A stretch of DNA of 63,626 nt, the filler included, from Pseudomonadota bacterium (lineage in GTDB: Bacteria; Bdellovibrionota_F; JAHFAK01; JBDREC01), in assembly GCA_043820105.1 (NCBI GenBank). It is 9 parts of 8 records of this genome, joined end to end, with 100 filler letters (N's around TTAATTAATTAA, not from the genome) between each part and the next. Parts side by side here need not be neighbours in the genome. Positions count along the whole stretch, not along the records: positions 42,730 to 53,129 come from JBDREC010000026.1; positions 53,230 to 56,116 come from JBDREC010000030.1; positions 56,217 to 58,500 come from JBDREC010000030.1; positions 58,601 to 61,108 come from JBDREC010000032.1; positions 61,209 to 63,626 come from JBDREC010000044.1; 4 more parts are not named here. The stretch is one strand, 5' to 3'. Below are positions 52,924 to 62,950 of the stretch, one piece after another. A program made the translations under genes and the position numbers. Each line of letters starts with the position of its first letter. Positions within the stretch are counted from its first letter, which is position 1. Under the pieces are notes generated by a model. That model was given only the letters and a program-made list of their open reading frames with translations. It did not search any database and was not told the origin of the DNA.

Positions 52924-53229
52924 TGCGTCTCTCCTTCTTGTATCTTAATAATAATATTGTTATACAACAATTTATACAGAAGCGAGAGATACTTTTCATT
53001 ATAATGGCACTATGAACATAATCTCTAAAAAAACGCTACCAATCCACCTATTCCATGATCTTCAAATTGAAATAAACTGGGAGTGAGCAATAAAAAGATG
53101 GCAAGACTGAGGTATAAAACGCATTCCGGNNNNNNNNNNNNNNNNNNNNNNNNNNNNNNNNNNNNNNNNNNNNTTAATTAATTAANNNNNNNNNNNNNNN
53201 NNNNNNNNNNNNNNNNNNNNNNNNNNNNN

Positions 53230-53470
53230 CAATGATTTGGCATGTGGTGAATACAGAGCTCATCCCAACAAAGAAGCTTGTAGTAAAAAATCATCTTTAG
53301 ATGAATTATTATGCTTAGGACAGGAAATTAATTTTATTGAAGAAAATAAAGGAAGTAGTAATTTTTTTAGTAGTGAAGATTCGGAGAAGAAGCAAGCATT
53401 TGAAAAAAAATATAAAAGAGAGCTTGAGTATAAAATTAAAGGTTTGCAGGAACTTTTAATAAAGAGGTAA
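53230..53470 (+). CDS. 3' fragment of a hypothetical gene
   Basis: Frame open from contig edge. Confidence 0.4.
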
Positions 53471-53662
53471 TAGGGGTGCTCAGTCATTGTAGCTCAATAG
53501 CTCCACCGCCATTTGAACACGAATTGTATCCAGCCGAGTTTTAATAAAAACTTAAATCATAAATTCTATTATGCAGAAAAATATTTAGAATTGACAATTA
53601 GATGTAATGCGTTATTAGTTTTTCCGGAAAGTTCGTATTTCCTTATCATAAAGGAGTGTCAC

Positions 53663-55903
53663 ATGAGAAGATCAATATATATAATATCAATATTAGTAAT
53701 CTCACTTATTATAGCTAGCAACGCTTTTAGTAAATCAAATAGTAAACCAAAAAAGAAAGAAGTTAGATTAAGCGATAATATTCCATATGAATCTAGCTTA
53801 CTAACTGGAGACATCAATCAAGATATTGAAATACATCTTGCTGATCTGTGTAGCTCTGATCTTCAAAATAGAAAGCACGCACTTTTGGGCATAAGTGCCC
53901 TTATTGGTCTTGACCCTGATGAAGAGGCATTGGCAAAATTGATAATACCACTCATTGATAGGCTGGAAGACGAGGATTTGCAGGTAAGAAAAGATGCTGC
54001 TTATTATCTTATATATTTATCCATTTCCAATCATGGAAATAGTATTCCAGATGAAGTTATTACACAACTTTTTGAAAGAGTTAATACAGATAATTTAGAT
54101 GATTCTAATTTTTCATATCTTACCCTTTGTGCACTTTTAGATTCAAATATTACAGATGACCTAAAGCAAATAATCCTGGAAGATATTGAAGCAATAAAGA
54201 CTGAAAAACGCTTGCTTTCAAGCAGACCAGGTATTTCAGAAGAAGAAGCCTTTGCTTATATAGTTCGACTGGGAAGTCATGACCACTCTACATTACTTGA
54301 AACAAGTGCACAACTTGTATTAGTTTCAGGGTCATATTACCCACTTGAATTAAAAAAAACATTATTAAGAACACTTTTAACACAAGATCCTGAAATAATA
54401 TCAGAAGACTATCAAATACTATCAAATATAAATGATATATATTTTAACCTTTTAAAATCTGAGATACCAGGTGAAGATAAAGAGTTGATTGTTTCACCTG
54501 TCTTAAATAATATTCTTCATAAAGATTATTATAAATCTTTGCATGCCACTTATCTTGTGGAAGAAATTCAAGCTTCAAAAGAAATTCCTTTTGAACTAAA
54601 AAAAAGAATATATGATACTCTGATAAGTTGGTTATTTGGCGAGGAAAGCATTAAAAGAGATAAAGCATTTGATACTTTTTTTAGAATGCTCTTTACTTTT
54701 ACACCCCTTCTTTCAGAAACCGTAAATTATCTTGCTCCAATTTTTCTAGATGGATTTTCACATAAACATCCTGACACTGTGTATCTTTGCATCTTGGGAA
54801 TAAAAACTATGATTTGGCTTGACCAACTAGATATTGAACATAAAGCAGCTGCTATACCATTGTTATTTGATTTTATTCTGCATAAAAAATTTGATAAAAC
54901 AATTCCTACGGCACATCCTTATTCTATAATTTTTCAAGATGCAGAGGAAGCAATTACACGGATATTTGAAGCAGACGTGAGTATAGAATTTATAGAAGAA
55001 CTTTTAAGACCATATATTGAATCTGCCTATGAAACAGTTGATCCAAATCTTTTGGCTGTGTTAGATACTACAGTGGTTGCTTTAGCTGAATCTGAGATGT
55101 CTTTTGAACTTAAGGAAAAATTGATATTGGCTTTTGTTAAAGACTGTGCTTTAAGAAAAAAGGACAAAAGAAATTCTTCTGTATTTACATTAGCACATCT
55201 TGCAGAAACCACTTTGCCAGGAAAAATTAAAGAACATATTGTAGAACCTATGATAAACTCAATATCTGATACCGCAGGTTTTTTAGAATCACCACCAGCT
55301 GTAGGAATAATGCATTTGGCGAATTCTGATATTTCAACTGAGTTTAAGGAAAAACTTGTAGATCCTATTTTCAAACAGATTAGTAAAACACAGTATGATA
55401 ACTATGTAAGAAAAAAGAGAATGATTCAAGCTGCAGGTTTTTTAATTGTTTCTGATATAAACACCGAATTAAAATTGAAATTTATAGATCCTCTCATCCG
55501 ATCAATAGGTGAAGAAATTCACCCACTATATACTGACTGGCATCTTTGCGGTGAATATTTGGATAGATGTCCTAATTGTAATCACCTTGCAATTGAGGCA
55601 TTGGCACAGTATCCCGCTTCAAATGTCAGCGAGGAAACATTGGCTTACATAGTAAGACAAGTAATTAAAGGACTGAGTTCTGCATCACTCTTAAGAGTTT
55701 ATAGAACAGTTGAGGCTCTACAGGTCTTTTCCAGAAACGATTTTCCTGTATATCTCAAAGAGGAAATGGTTGATCCATTGATAAATACAAGATCACGTAA
55801 TCTTCATCCTGATATTAATGAAAGCATTGATTGGGCTTTGAAGTTTTTGTTTGAAACAGATATTTCAAAAGAGTATAAGGATAAAATCGAAAAGCTTTCT
55901 TAA
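53663..55903 (+). CDS. Secreted HEAT/ARM-repeat protein
   Basis: AAGGAG RBS and ATG at 53663, signal peptide, LIDRLEDEDLQVRKDAA and recurring ELKEKL..P helical units. Confidence 0.7.
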   Translation: MRRSIYIISILVISLIIASNAFSKSNSKPKKKEVRLSDNIPYESSLLTGDINQDIEIHLADLCSSDLQNRKHALLGISALIGLDPDEEALAKLIIPLIDRLEDEDLQVRKDAAYYLIYLSISNHGNSIPDEVITQLFERVNTDNLDDSNFSYLTLCALLDSNITDDLKQIILEDIEAIKTEKRLLSSRPGISEEEAFAYIVRLGSHDHSTLLETSAQLVLVSGSYYPLELKKTLLRTLLTQDPEIISEDYQILSNINDIYFNLLKSEIPGEDKELIVSPVLNNILHKDYYKSLHATYLVEEIQASKEIPFELKKRIYDTLISWLFGEESIKRDKAFDTFFRMLFTFTPLLSETVNYLAPIFLDGFSHKHPDTVYLCILGIKTMIWLDQLDIEHKAAAIPLLFDFILHKKFDKTIPTAHPYSIIFQDAEEAITRIFEADVSIEFIEELLRPYIESAYETVDPNLLAVLDTTVVALAESEMSFELKEKLILAFVKDCALRKKDKRNSSVFTLAHLAETTLPGKIKEHIVEPMINSISDTAGFLESPPAVGIMHLANSDISTEFKEKLVDPIFKQISKTQYDNYVRKKRMIQAAGFLIVSDINTELKLKFIDPLIRSIGEEIHPLYTDWHLCGEYLDRCPNCNHLAIEALAQYPASNVSEETLAYIVRQVIKGLSSASLLRVYRTVEALQVFSRNDFPVYLKEEMVDPLINTRSRNLHPDINESIDWALKFLFETDISKEYKDKIEKLS

Positions 55904-56216
55904 GATTGAATACCAAAAGAAGCTACCTGGTGGCAGGCTTAATTGAATTAGTAGTATCCTTTCAAATTATTTAAGTCTTGCAGTAAAAATTCAATCATTT
56001 CTGGAGTAACAATTGGATCTTGGCAATCTGCACAGTACATAAGATTTTCCTCATGCCAATAGGTTCGATAAACTTCGTAAAAGGACCCTTTACTTCGAGC
56101 AATATCGTAAGTTCCANNNNNNNNNNNNNNNNNNNNNNNNNNNNNNNNNNNNNNNNNNNNTTAATTAATTAANNNNNNNNNNNNNNNNNNNNNNNNNNNN
56201 NNNNNNNNNNNNNNNN

Positions 56217-58223
56217 AGCAACTCCAATTTCAGCAGAATCAGCAGGAACAAAAGATCCAATATGAGCAAGCAGGGTTATAAGCGCTACCTGCCGCATAAG
56301 AGTGGACTTTCCAGCCATATTAGGCCCTGTTAAAATGATCATATTCTTTTCTTCGTCATTAATCTCAATATCATTTGGAATAAATCTACCACAAGCTTCT
56401 GTTAGCTCAACAACAGGATGCCTGCCCTCTTTTATTATTATTTTTTTATCATCAATAATCTTTGGTTTAACATATTTTCTTTCTATGGCTGTAAGTGCAA
56501 AGGAAATAAGTAAATCTAGTTTTGATAGGCAGTGAGCTGTCTTTTGAATTCTAGTATTATGTTTTAAAATTTCATTTCTAAGCTTAGAAAACTCTTCATG
56601 CTCTACTTCTTTTCTCTGACTTGAAGCATTTAAAATTTTATCTTCCAGTTCCTTAAGTTCAGGAGTTATATAACGTTCTTGATTAACAAGGGTCTGTTTT
56701 CTAATGTAATGATCAGGGACCTGACTAATATTTGCTTTTGTAACCTCAATATAATAGCCAAAAACTTTGTTATATCTTATTTTCAGGGAATTAATTCCAG
56801 TGCTTTGGCGTTGGCTTGCTTCCATTTGTAAAAGGATATTGCGCGAGTTTCCTTCAATTTCATTTAGTTCGTCAAGTTTTTGGTGATATCCTTTTTTGAA
56901 AATACCACCTTCAGTAATGGTAATTGGGGGATCATCAATAATGGCCTGGTCTATCAAGTTATATACATCCTCACATGGGTCAAGATCATTATATATTTCC
57001 TTAATAAGATCTGAGGAGTCAAAACTTAGCAGTTCATCTTTTATTTTAGGTAGTAAAGCCATTGAGGTCTTCAAATGAACAAGATCTCTAGGATTAAGGA
57101 CTTTTGTGGATATTTTAGCATTAATTCTTTCGAGATCATAAATTGATTCTAGTGATTTTTGAATATTTTCGGATTTAAATCTTTTTTTATAAAAATCTGC
57201 AACAGCATCTTGTCTTTTTTCTATCTTAGCTTTAAATCTTAAGGGAAACCTCAGCCAATCTTTTAATAATCTAGCTCCCATACTTGTCTTTGTTTTATCA
57301 ATAGCCCAAACTAGTGAATTTATTTTTTTACCGTCAGTAAGGGATGATAAGATTTCCAGATTTTTTATAGTCATATTATCAAGAATCATATTTTCTGATA
57401 TTTCATAATATGATAATTTTGAAATATGAGTAAGCTCCTCTCCTCTTTGTTTAACTATATATTTTAATAATAGCTTTGAGGCTGAGAGCAGTGATCCTAA
57501 ACCAATATCTCTAATTTCTTCCAAATTCTGTATGTTCTGTATTATTGGATTAATATTATTAGCGTCATATTGATTTTCTTTTTTTTCATTTTCAAAAAAT
57601 GTTACAAATCTTAAGCGAAGAGTGTTTTCAAGTCTTAAGAGCTTATTGTTTTTAATCAGTTTTTTTAAATCACTATAGATAATAACTTCTTTAGGATCAA
57701 TTTTTTCGATTTCATCACAAATCAATTTTTCTGATTTTGTATATGTTGCCTTTAGCCTTCCGATAGAATAATCAATAAAAGAAATAGAGAAGGTGTCGTT
57801 TTCTATAAAAAGGGATAAAATGAAATTATTGTCTTCTGCATTTATTTCCAAAAAATCATCAAGCAAACCAGGACTTATAACCTTTTGAACTTGTCTTTTA
57901 ACAATTCCTGTCGCCAGTTTTGGATCTTCAATTTGGTCACAAATAGCAACTTTTAATCCTGAATTAACGAGCTTGGATATATAGCTTTTTGCACTATGAT
58001 GAGGCACACCACAAAGGGGAACAGGGTTGGGACTGTTTTTATTTCTTGTTGTTAAGGCAATGTTTAATACTTTTGATGCAAGGATAGCATCATCAGAAAA
58101 CATTTCATAAAAATCACCAAGCCTGAAAAATAAAATTGCATCTTGATAATCTTTTTTTATCTCCCAATATTGTTTCATCATGGGAGTTAAGTTACTGTTT
58201 TTTTCTACATTCAATTTTGACAT
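56217..58223 (-). CDS. mutS: DNA mismatch repair protein MutS, 3' truncated
   Basis: TPMMKQY, FRLGDFYEMF, GRHPVVE, TGPNMAGKST. Confidence 0.97.
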
Positions 58224-58361
58224 AACCCTATTTCCTTATTGATAAAAATCCAATTCGTCAATCAATTATTTTTCTAAATTTATTGTCCATCTCCAATCTG
58301 AGTACCTAGTACCTACACCGAGTCCATATAAAATATGGTTCATCTCCAATTTGAATACCCA

Positions 58362-58500
58362 TGCAAATCGGACGATAAACTGGTCCAGTAATCGGACGCA
58401 AAAGTGGTCCACCTACCAAAGTAAAAATAATAAAATATTGAAGGAAGCCAAAATTAAGTATTTATAAAAGGGATATTTGGGAAGTAAATTTATAATAAAT
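58362..58500. mobile_element. IS21-like element terminus
   Basis: TGCAAATCGGACGATAAACTGGTCCA-GT-AATCGGACGCAAAAGTGGTCCACCTA: TG end with tandem internal repeats, at contig edge. Confidence 0.7.
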
Positions 58501-58627
58501 NNNNNNNNNNNNNNNNNNNNNNNNNNNNNNNNNNNNNNNNNNNNTTAATTAATTAANNNNNNNNNNNNNNNNNNNNNNNNNNNNNNNNNNNNNNNNNNNN
58601 ATAAATGAGGTATGCAAGTATTTACCT

Positions 58628-58951
58628 ATGAACCAAAATCTAGTATATTTTTTGGTGTTATTAATATTTGCATTTGGATTCATTTTAGGTCTATCTTCTC
58701 CAAATATAACTGGATTTTTTGTTGCTGACGTAGCAGGAAATAAGCAAATAGTTGATAATACCAGCTTGGAAAAAGAAATACCCACGTTTAGAGTTTATAC
58801 AAAGGCAATATGCAACAATGTCTCTGGTTTTATTGTATGTCGTGATGAAATATTAGCAAATTGCGGAGATTTTGAATATATTCTACCAAATACTAAGGTA
58901 AATGGCAAAGGTATTTTTGAGGAAGAGTGGAAAGATCCAAGACAAAGTTAA
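58628..58951 (+). CDS. Small secreted or membrane-anchored protein (DPANN-type ITGFFV signature)
   Basis: TM helix followed by NITGFFV; TKAIC...C.D....C; WKDPR. Confidence 0.55.
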   Translation: MNQNLVYFLVLLIFAFGFILGLSSPNITGFFVADVAGNKQIVDNTSLEKEIPTFRVYTKAICNNVSGFIVCRDEILANCGDFEYILPNTKVNGKGIFEEEWKDPRQS

Positions 58952-58999
58952 TTAAATCCACAATAATTTTAAATAAGGAAATACTATTCTCCCTATTAA

Positions 59000-60034
59000 A
59001 TGAAAGTCAATAACAAAGATTACAGAACAATCTGGATGGAAGGGAATGAAGTCAAATTAATCAACCAGACATTATTGCCCCATAAGTTTGAAATCTATAC
59101 TTGTAAAAACCATATTAAAACAGCAGAAGCAATAAAGACAATGATTGTTCGCGGTGCAGGAGCAATAGGTGCAACTGCAGCTTATGGTGTAGCACAAGCA
59201 ACATTAGAAGCTAATAAAGACAACTTCAATGATTATATTAAAATTGCAGCAGAAACAATAAGAAAAACAAGACCAACAGCTCAAAATTTATTTACAGGCA
59301 TTAATTATATTCTAAACTCAATAAAAGATATTTCTGACTTAAGTGAAATCCAGAAAATTGCAGTTCAAAAAGCAAATGAATTTGCAGATTATGATGCAGA
59401 AGCATGCAAGAAAATTGGTGAATATGGGAATTCTTTGATAAAAGACAATTATAGAATAGAAACACATTGCAATGCCGGCTGGCTTGCTTTTGTTGACTGG
59501 GGTTCTGCTTTAAGCCCGATTTATTTTGCGCATAGAGCTGGAAAAAAGGTTTTTGTTTTTGCTGATGAGACAAGGCCAAGAAATCAAGGTTCAATGTTAA
59601 CTGCATGGGAATTGGCAATGGAAAAAATACCGCATGTAATCATTGCTGACAACGCTGCTGGTTATTATATGAAAAAAGGAGAAATAGATATGATGATTGT
59701 AGGTGCTGATAGAATTGCAGCAAATGGAGATGTTGCAAACAAGATAGGAACTTATGAAAAAGCTGTTTTAGCAAAAGAAAACAACATTCCTTTTTATGTT
59801 GCTGCTCCAACAACAACCTTTGATTTAAACATTAAAAATGGAGATAAAATACCAATAGAAGAAAGAAATCCTAATGAAGTTTTGTTTATTTCCGGAGTAA
59901 GAATTGCTCCTGAAGAAAGCACTGCAAAAAACCCTGCTTTTGATGTAACACCAGCTAAATACATTACTGGTATAATAACTGAAAAAGGTATTGTTAAGGC
60001 AGATAAGGAAGAGATAAGGAAATTATTTTCTTAG
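59000..60034 (+). CDS. mtnA: Methylthioribose-1-phosphate isomerase (eIF2B family)
   Basis: VRGAGAIG, RPTA.NL, THCNAG.LA, ETRPRNQG..LTAWE, NKIGTY, NPAFDVTP. Confidence 0.9.
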   Translation: MKVNNKDYRTIWMEGNEVKLINQTLLPHKFEIYTCKNHIKTAEAIKTMIVRGAGAIGATAAYGVAQATLEANKDNFNDYIKIAAETIRKTRPTAQNLFTGINYILNSIKDISDLSEIQKIAVQKANEFADYDAEACKKIGEYGNSLIKDNYRIETHCNAGWLAFVDWGSALSPIYFAHRAGKKVFVFADETRPRNQGSMLTAWELAMEKIPHVIIADNAAGYYMKKGEIDMMIVGADRIAANGDVANKIGTYEKAVLAKENNIPFYVAAPTTTFDLNIKNGDKIPIEERNPNEVLFISGVRIAPEESTAKNPAFDVTPAKYITGIITEKGIVKADKEEIRKLFS

Positions 60035-60087
60035 GTAAAGTTTTTATAGGGTTCTATATAGAATAGGTTAATTAGGGGTTTTTGATT

Positions 60088-60420
60088 ATGGAAATTAAAA
60101 AGATAGGTAAGATTCAAATTTGGATTGGATGTATTATATTATTAATAACAATCATTAGTTCAGTTATAATAGTTAGAAATGTATATTTTGATACTCTTAC
60201 GGAAAGTGTTGCAGGTATGACTTCAGTATGGGGGGATGTGGCATCAAGACAAATAAATGGAACATCAATTGGGGTAGAAGGACATGTAATATCTTTTATA
60301 GTTACGGAAGCAACAATTTTTAAAATGACTTTATCTGTTTTTGTAACATGTGCATTAATTCTTGTAGTTTTATCAATAATTTTGATTACTCAAGGATTAG
60401 CTAATTTAAACAGAAAGTAA
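60088..60420 (+). CDS. Hypothetical 2-TM protein
   Basis: Two hydrophobic helices. Confidence 0.5.
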   Translation: MEIKKIGKIQIWIGCIILLITIISSVIIVRNVYFDTLTESVAGMTSVWGDVASRQINGTSIGVEGHVISFIVTEATIFKMTLSVFVTCALILVVLSIILITQGLANLNRK

Positions 60421-60478
60421 CAGGAAAGCAAACTTTTTATAGAATTCTATACTAAATGGCTTGATTAGGATGATCCCA

Positions 60479-61081
60479 ATGAACGAAACACGAAAAAATC
60501 AAAGATTTTTTGTGTCACAGAAATCGGAGATTTCTGAGACAATAAAAACAATCAAAGAAAGAAGAGCTGTAAGAGCATATAAAAACAAGCCAATAGAAAA
60601 AGAAAAGATTAATGAAATTCTTGAATGCGGCTTAATGGCTCCTAATGCGCGTCATTTACAGCCATGGAAATTTATTGTTGTTACAAATAAGGATTTAATA
60701 AAAGAGATGGCTAAAAGAATACAAGATAAGGTAATCAGCAATCCAAGATATCCATTTGTAAAGCAAAGGGCAGAAACAAAAAAAGACGCAATATTTTATT
60801 CTGCCCCATTAGTTATTTTTGTTTTAGGTGATAAAAGCAATCATTGGTCTCCTTTAGATTGCTCTTTTGCAGCAGAAAACATGATGTTAGCTGCAAAATC
60901 TTTAGGAATTGCATCATGCCCAATAGGGATGGCACGATTTATTAAAGATGAAAAAGATTTAATTCAAAAACTAGGTTTTGATGAAAATTATGAATTAATA
61001 ATAACATTAGTCTTTGGCTATGCAGATGAAGAACCAAAACCAAAAGAAAGAAACAAGGATGTTATTAAGTGGGTTGAATAA
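60479..61081 (+). CDS. Nitroreductase-family protein with a 17-aa palindromic insertion
   Basis: RRAVRAY, APNARHLQPWKF, ENMMLAA.SLGIASC. Confidence 0.9.
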   Translation: MNETRKNQRFFVSQKSEISETIKTIKERRAVRAYKNKPIEKEKINEILECGLMAPNARHLQPWKFIVVTNKDLIKEMAKRIQDKVISNPRYPFVKQRAETKKDAIFYSAPLVIFVLGDKSNHWSPLDCSFAAENMMLAAKSLGIASCPIGMARFIKDEKDLIQKLGFDENYELIITLVFGYADEEPKPKERNKDVIKWVE

Positions 61082-61208
61082 CAAAAACCTTTTAAATCAA
61101 ATAAGCATNNNNNNNNNNNNNNNNNNNNNNNNNNNNNNNNNNNNNNNNNNNNTTAATTAATTAANNNNNNNNNNNNNNNNNNNNNNNNNNNNNNNNNNNN
61201 NNNNNNNN

Positions 61209-61337
61209 TTCATTGTCTTCTTTATAATCGCTGACAACAACTTTGCATCCTTCTTTTGCAAAAGCAATTGCAATACCTTTTCCAATGCCCCTATTGGATC
61301 CTGTTATGATTGCAACTTTTCCTTCTAGTTTTTTCAT
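61209..61337 (-). CDS. SDR oxidoreductase, N-terminal fragment
   Basis: MKKLEGKVAIITGSNRGIGKGIA. Confidence 0.85.
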
Positions 61338-61392
61338 GTTATTTACCTCTATGCTTTTATTCTATAAGCCTATATTTAAAATTTTCTTATTC

Positions 61393-61761
61393 TTAGGGAC
61401 CAATAGACCTAAAAATTTCGCCACTTTCTGGGTCGCAGGGCTTTTCAATTGTTGATTTACAAAATCCTTCCTCTATTCCTTTTTGGCATTCAGGGCAGAC
61501 TTTATCCATTTCTCCTTTTGCAATCATATCATCGCAATAACAGCTTCCATCTTTCCAAATCCAATGGCCTAAGTAGCACATTGTGCATGCAGGTTCTATA
61601 CAACATTTGTATTTCCCTTCTTCTTTAGCATTCTCTATAGCAAAATTTAGCTCTGAAATCACTTTTTCTCTTCTTTGTTCAAATGATATTTCTTTTGTAC
61701 ATCCAACTAATAAAACTAAAATTAACAATGAGATTACTTTTTTCATTTTATTGGGGTCCAT
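61393..61761 (-). CDS. Cys-rich lipoprotein-like hypothetical protein
   Basis: LLVGC lipobox; CC..PAC.MC, C.C, C.EC. Confidence 0.6.
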   Translation of the reverse strand: MDPNKMKKVISLLILVLLVGCTKEISFEQRREKVISELNFAIENAKEEGKYKCCIEPACTMCYLGHWIWKDGSCYCDDMIAKGEMDKVCPECQKGIEEGFCKSTIEKPCDPESGEIFRSIGP

Positions 61762-62164
61762 CTTCTATTAATTCACAGCCTGTTAACGAAGCAAGTCTTT
61801 CAAGGCTTTGTTCTCCAGTATATTTTTTATTATTGATAATCCATGTTGGATAACCTTCTATTCCTGCCTTTGAGCATTCATCTTTATTCCAGTCACAATC
61901 TGTATAATCAACATAATCAAATGAATTTTCAAACATTTTCTTTTGAGTTTTGCAATGAGAACACCAATCTGTACCATACATCTTTGCATCTTTTTCTGAC
62001 AAGCACTGGGCAAATGTGTTATATTTGCCATGACCTTTGTCACATGCTGTTAACACTAATGAAATAATCAAAATCATAAAAATCCACTGTGGATTTTTAG
62101 GATGCCAAAAAAACTTTGCTTTTTTGTGCATAAATAAAAAACAAAAAATAATTTTTGATTTCAT
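61748..62164 (-). CDS. Thioredoxin-like lipoprotein (WCSHC)
   Basis: FAQCL....AKMYG..WCSHC..QK..F, GYPTW. Confidence 0.8.
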   Translation of the reverse strand: MKSKIIFCFLFMHKKAKFFWHPKNPQWIFMILIISLVLTACDKGHGKYNTFAQCLSEKDAKMYGTDWCSHCKTQKKMFENSFDYVDYTDCDWNKDECSKAGIEGYPTWIINNKKYTGEQSLERLASLTGCELIEDGPQ

Positions 62165-62916
62165 TTTGCTAGTTCTGCATCAATTATCTGCTTGAATGCT
62201 TCAAATGGCTGAGCTCCAACTATCTTCTGGCCATTGATAATAAAACCAGGTGTTCCGCTAATTCCTACTGCTTGACCATCTTGCATATCCTTCGCAACTT
62301 CTGATGCCATCTTTCCTGAATCTAAGCATTCATTAAACTTAGCTGCATTTAAGCCGATATCTACTGCAAATTGCTTAAATGAATCTAAACCACCACTAAC
62401 TCCTTCTTCAAACAGTTTGTCATGCATTTCCCAGAATTTTCCTTGTTCTCCTGCGCATTCAGCTGCTTCTGCTGACTTTTGAGCATTTGCATGGAAGCCT
62501 AATGGAAAGTCTCTGTAAATAAATTTTACTTTTCCTGTATTAATATATTCTTTTTTTATTTGCCCTAGGGTTTGTTGATAAAATCTTGTACAGAAAGGAC
62601 ACTCAAAATCACTCCATTCAACAATTGTTACTGGTGCATTTTTATTGCCCTTAAAAGCATCGTCATCTGTTAATGTAGTCATATCTATTGATGGAGCGCT
62701 TGGTGCTTGTTGTCTTGGCTGAGCAGCTTGCGCTTCTTTAATATTTGCTGGTGCAGCTGACTTACCACCGCTACCAAAACCTCCTGTAAAAATAGATACT
62801 ATCAACAACACACCCAAAATAGCTGAAATTATTTTCCATATACTTACTTTATCTATTGTTAGTGTATCTGATTTTTTCTCTTCTTTATGGTGATGTTCTT
62901 TATGTTTTTCAGTCAT
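62161..62916 (-). CDS. DsbA-family thiol-disulfide oxidoreductase
   Basis: EWSDFECPFC, YRDFPL, GTPGF.ING, GAQPF. Confidence 0.9.
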   Translation of the reverse strand: MTEKHKEHHHKEEKKSDTLTIDKVSIWKIISAILGVLLIVSIFTGGFGSGGKSAAPANIKEAQAAQPRQQAPSAPSIDMTTLTDDDAFKGNKNAPVTIVEWSDFECPFCTRFYQQTLGQIKKEYINTGKVKFIYRDFPLGFHANAQKSAEAAECAGEQGKFWEMHDKLFEEGVSGGLDSFKQFAVDIGLNAAKFNECLDSGKMASEVAKDMQDGQAVGISGTPGFIINGQKIVGAQPFEAFKQIIDAELAK

Positions 62917-62950
62917 TTTTTTACCTCTTTAGTTTAATTTATATACGCCT

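Noticed and set aside
58281-58415. Repeat-spacer-repeat pattern as a CRISPR array
   Set aside because: Only two degenerate copies of each repeat, no leader and no cas genes; the second pair fits IS21 terminal repeats
30188-61208. Eight TTAATTAATTAA motifs within N-runs, and ORFs that cross them
   Set aside because: Artificial six-frame-stop linkers; not biological and imply no adjacency
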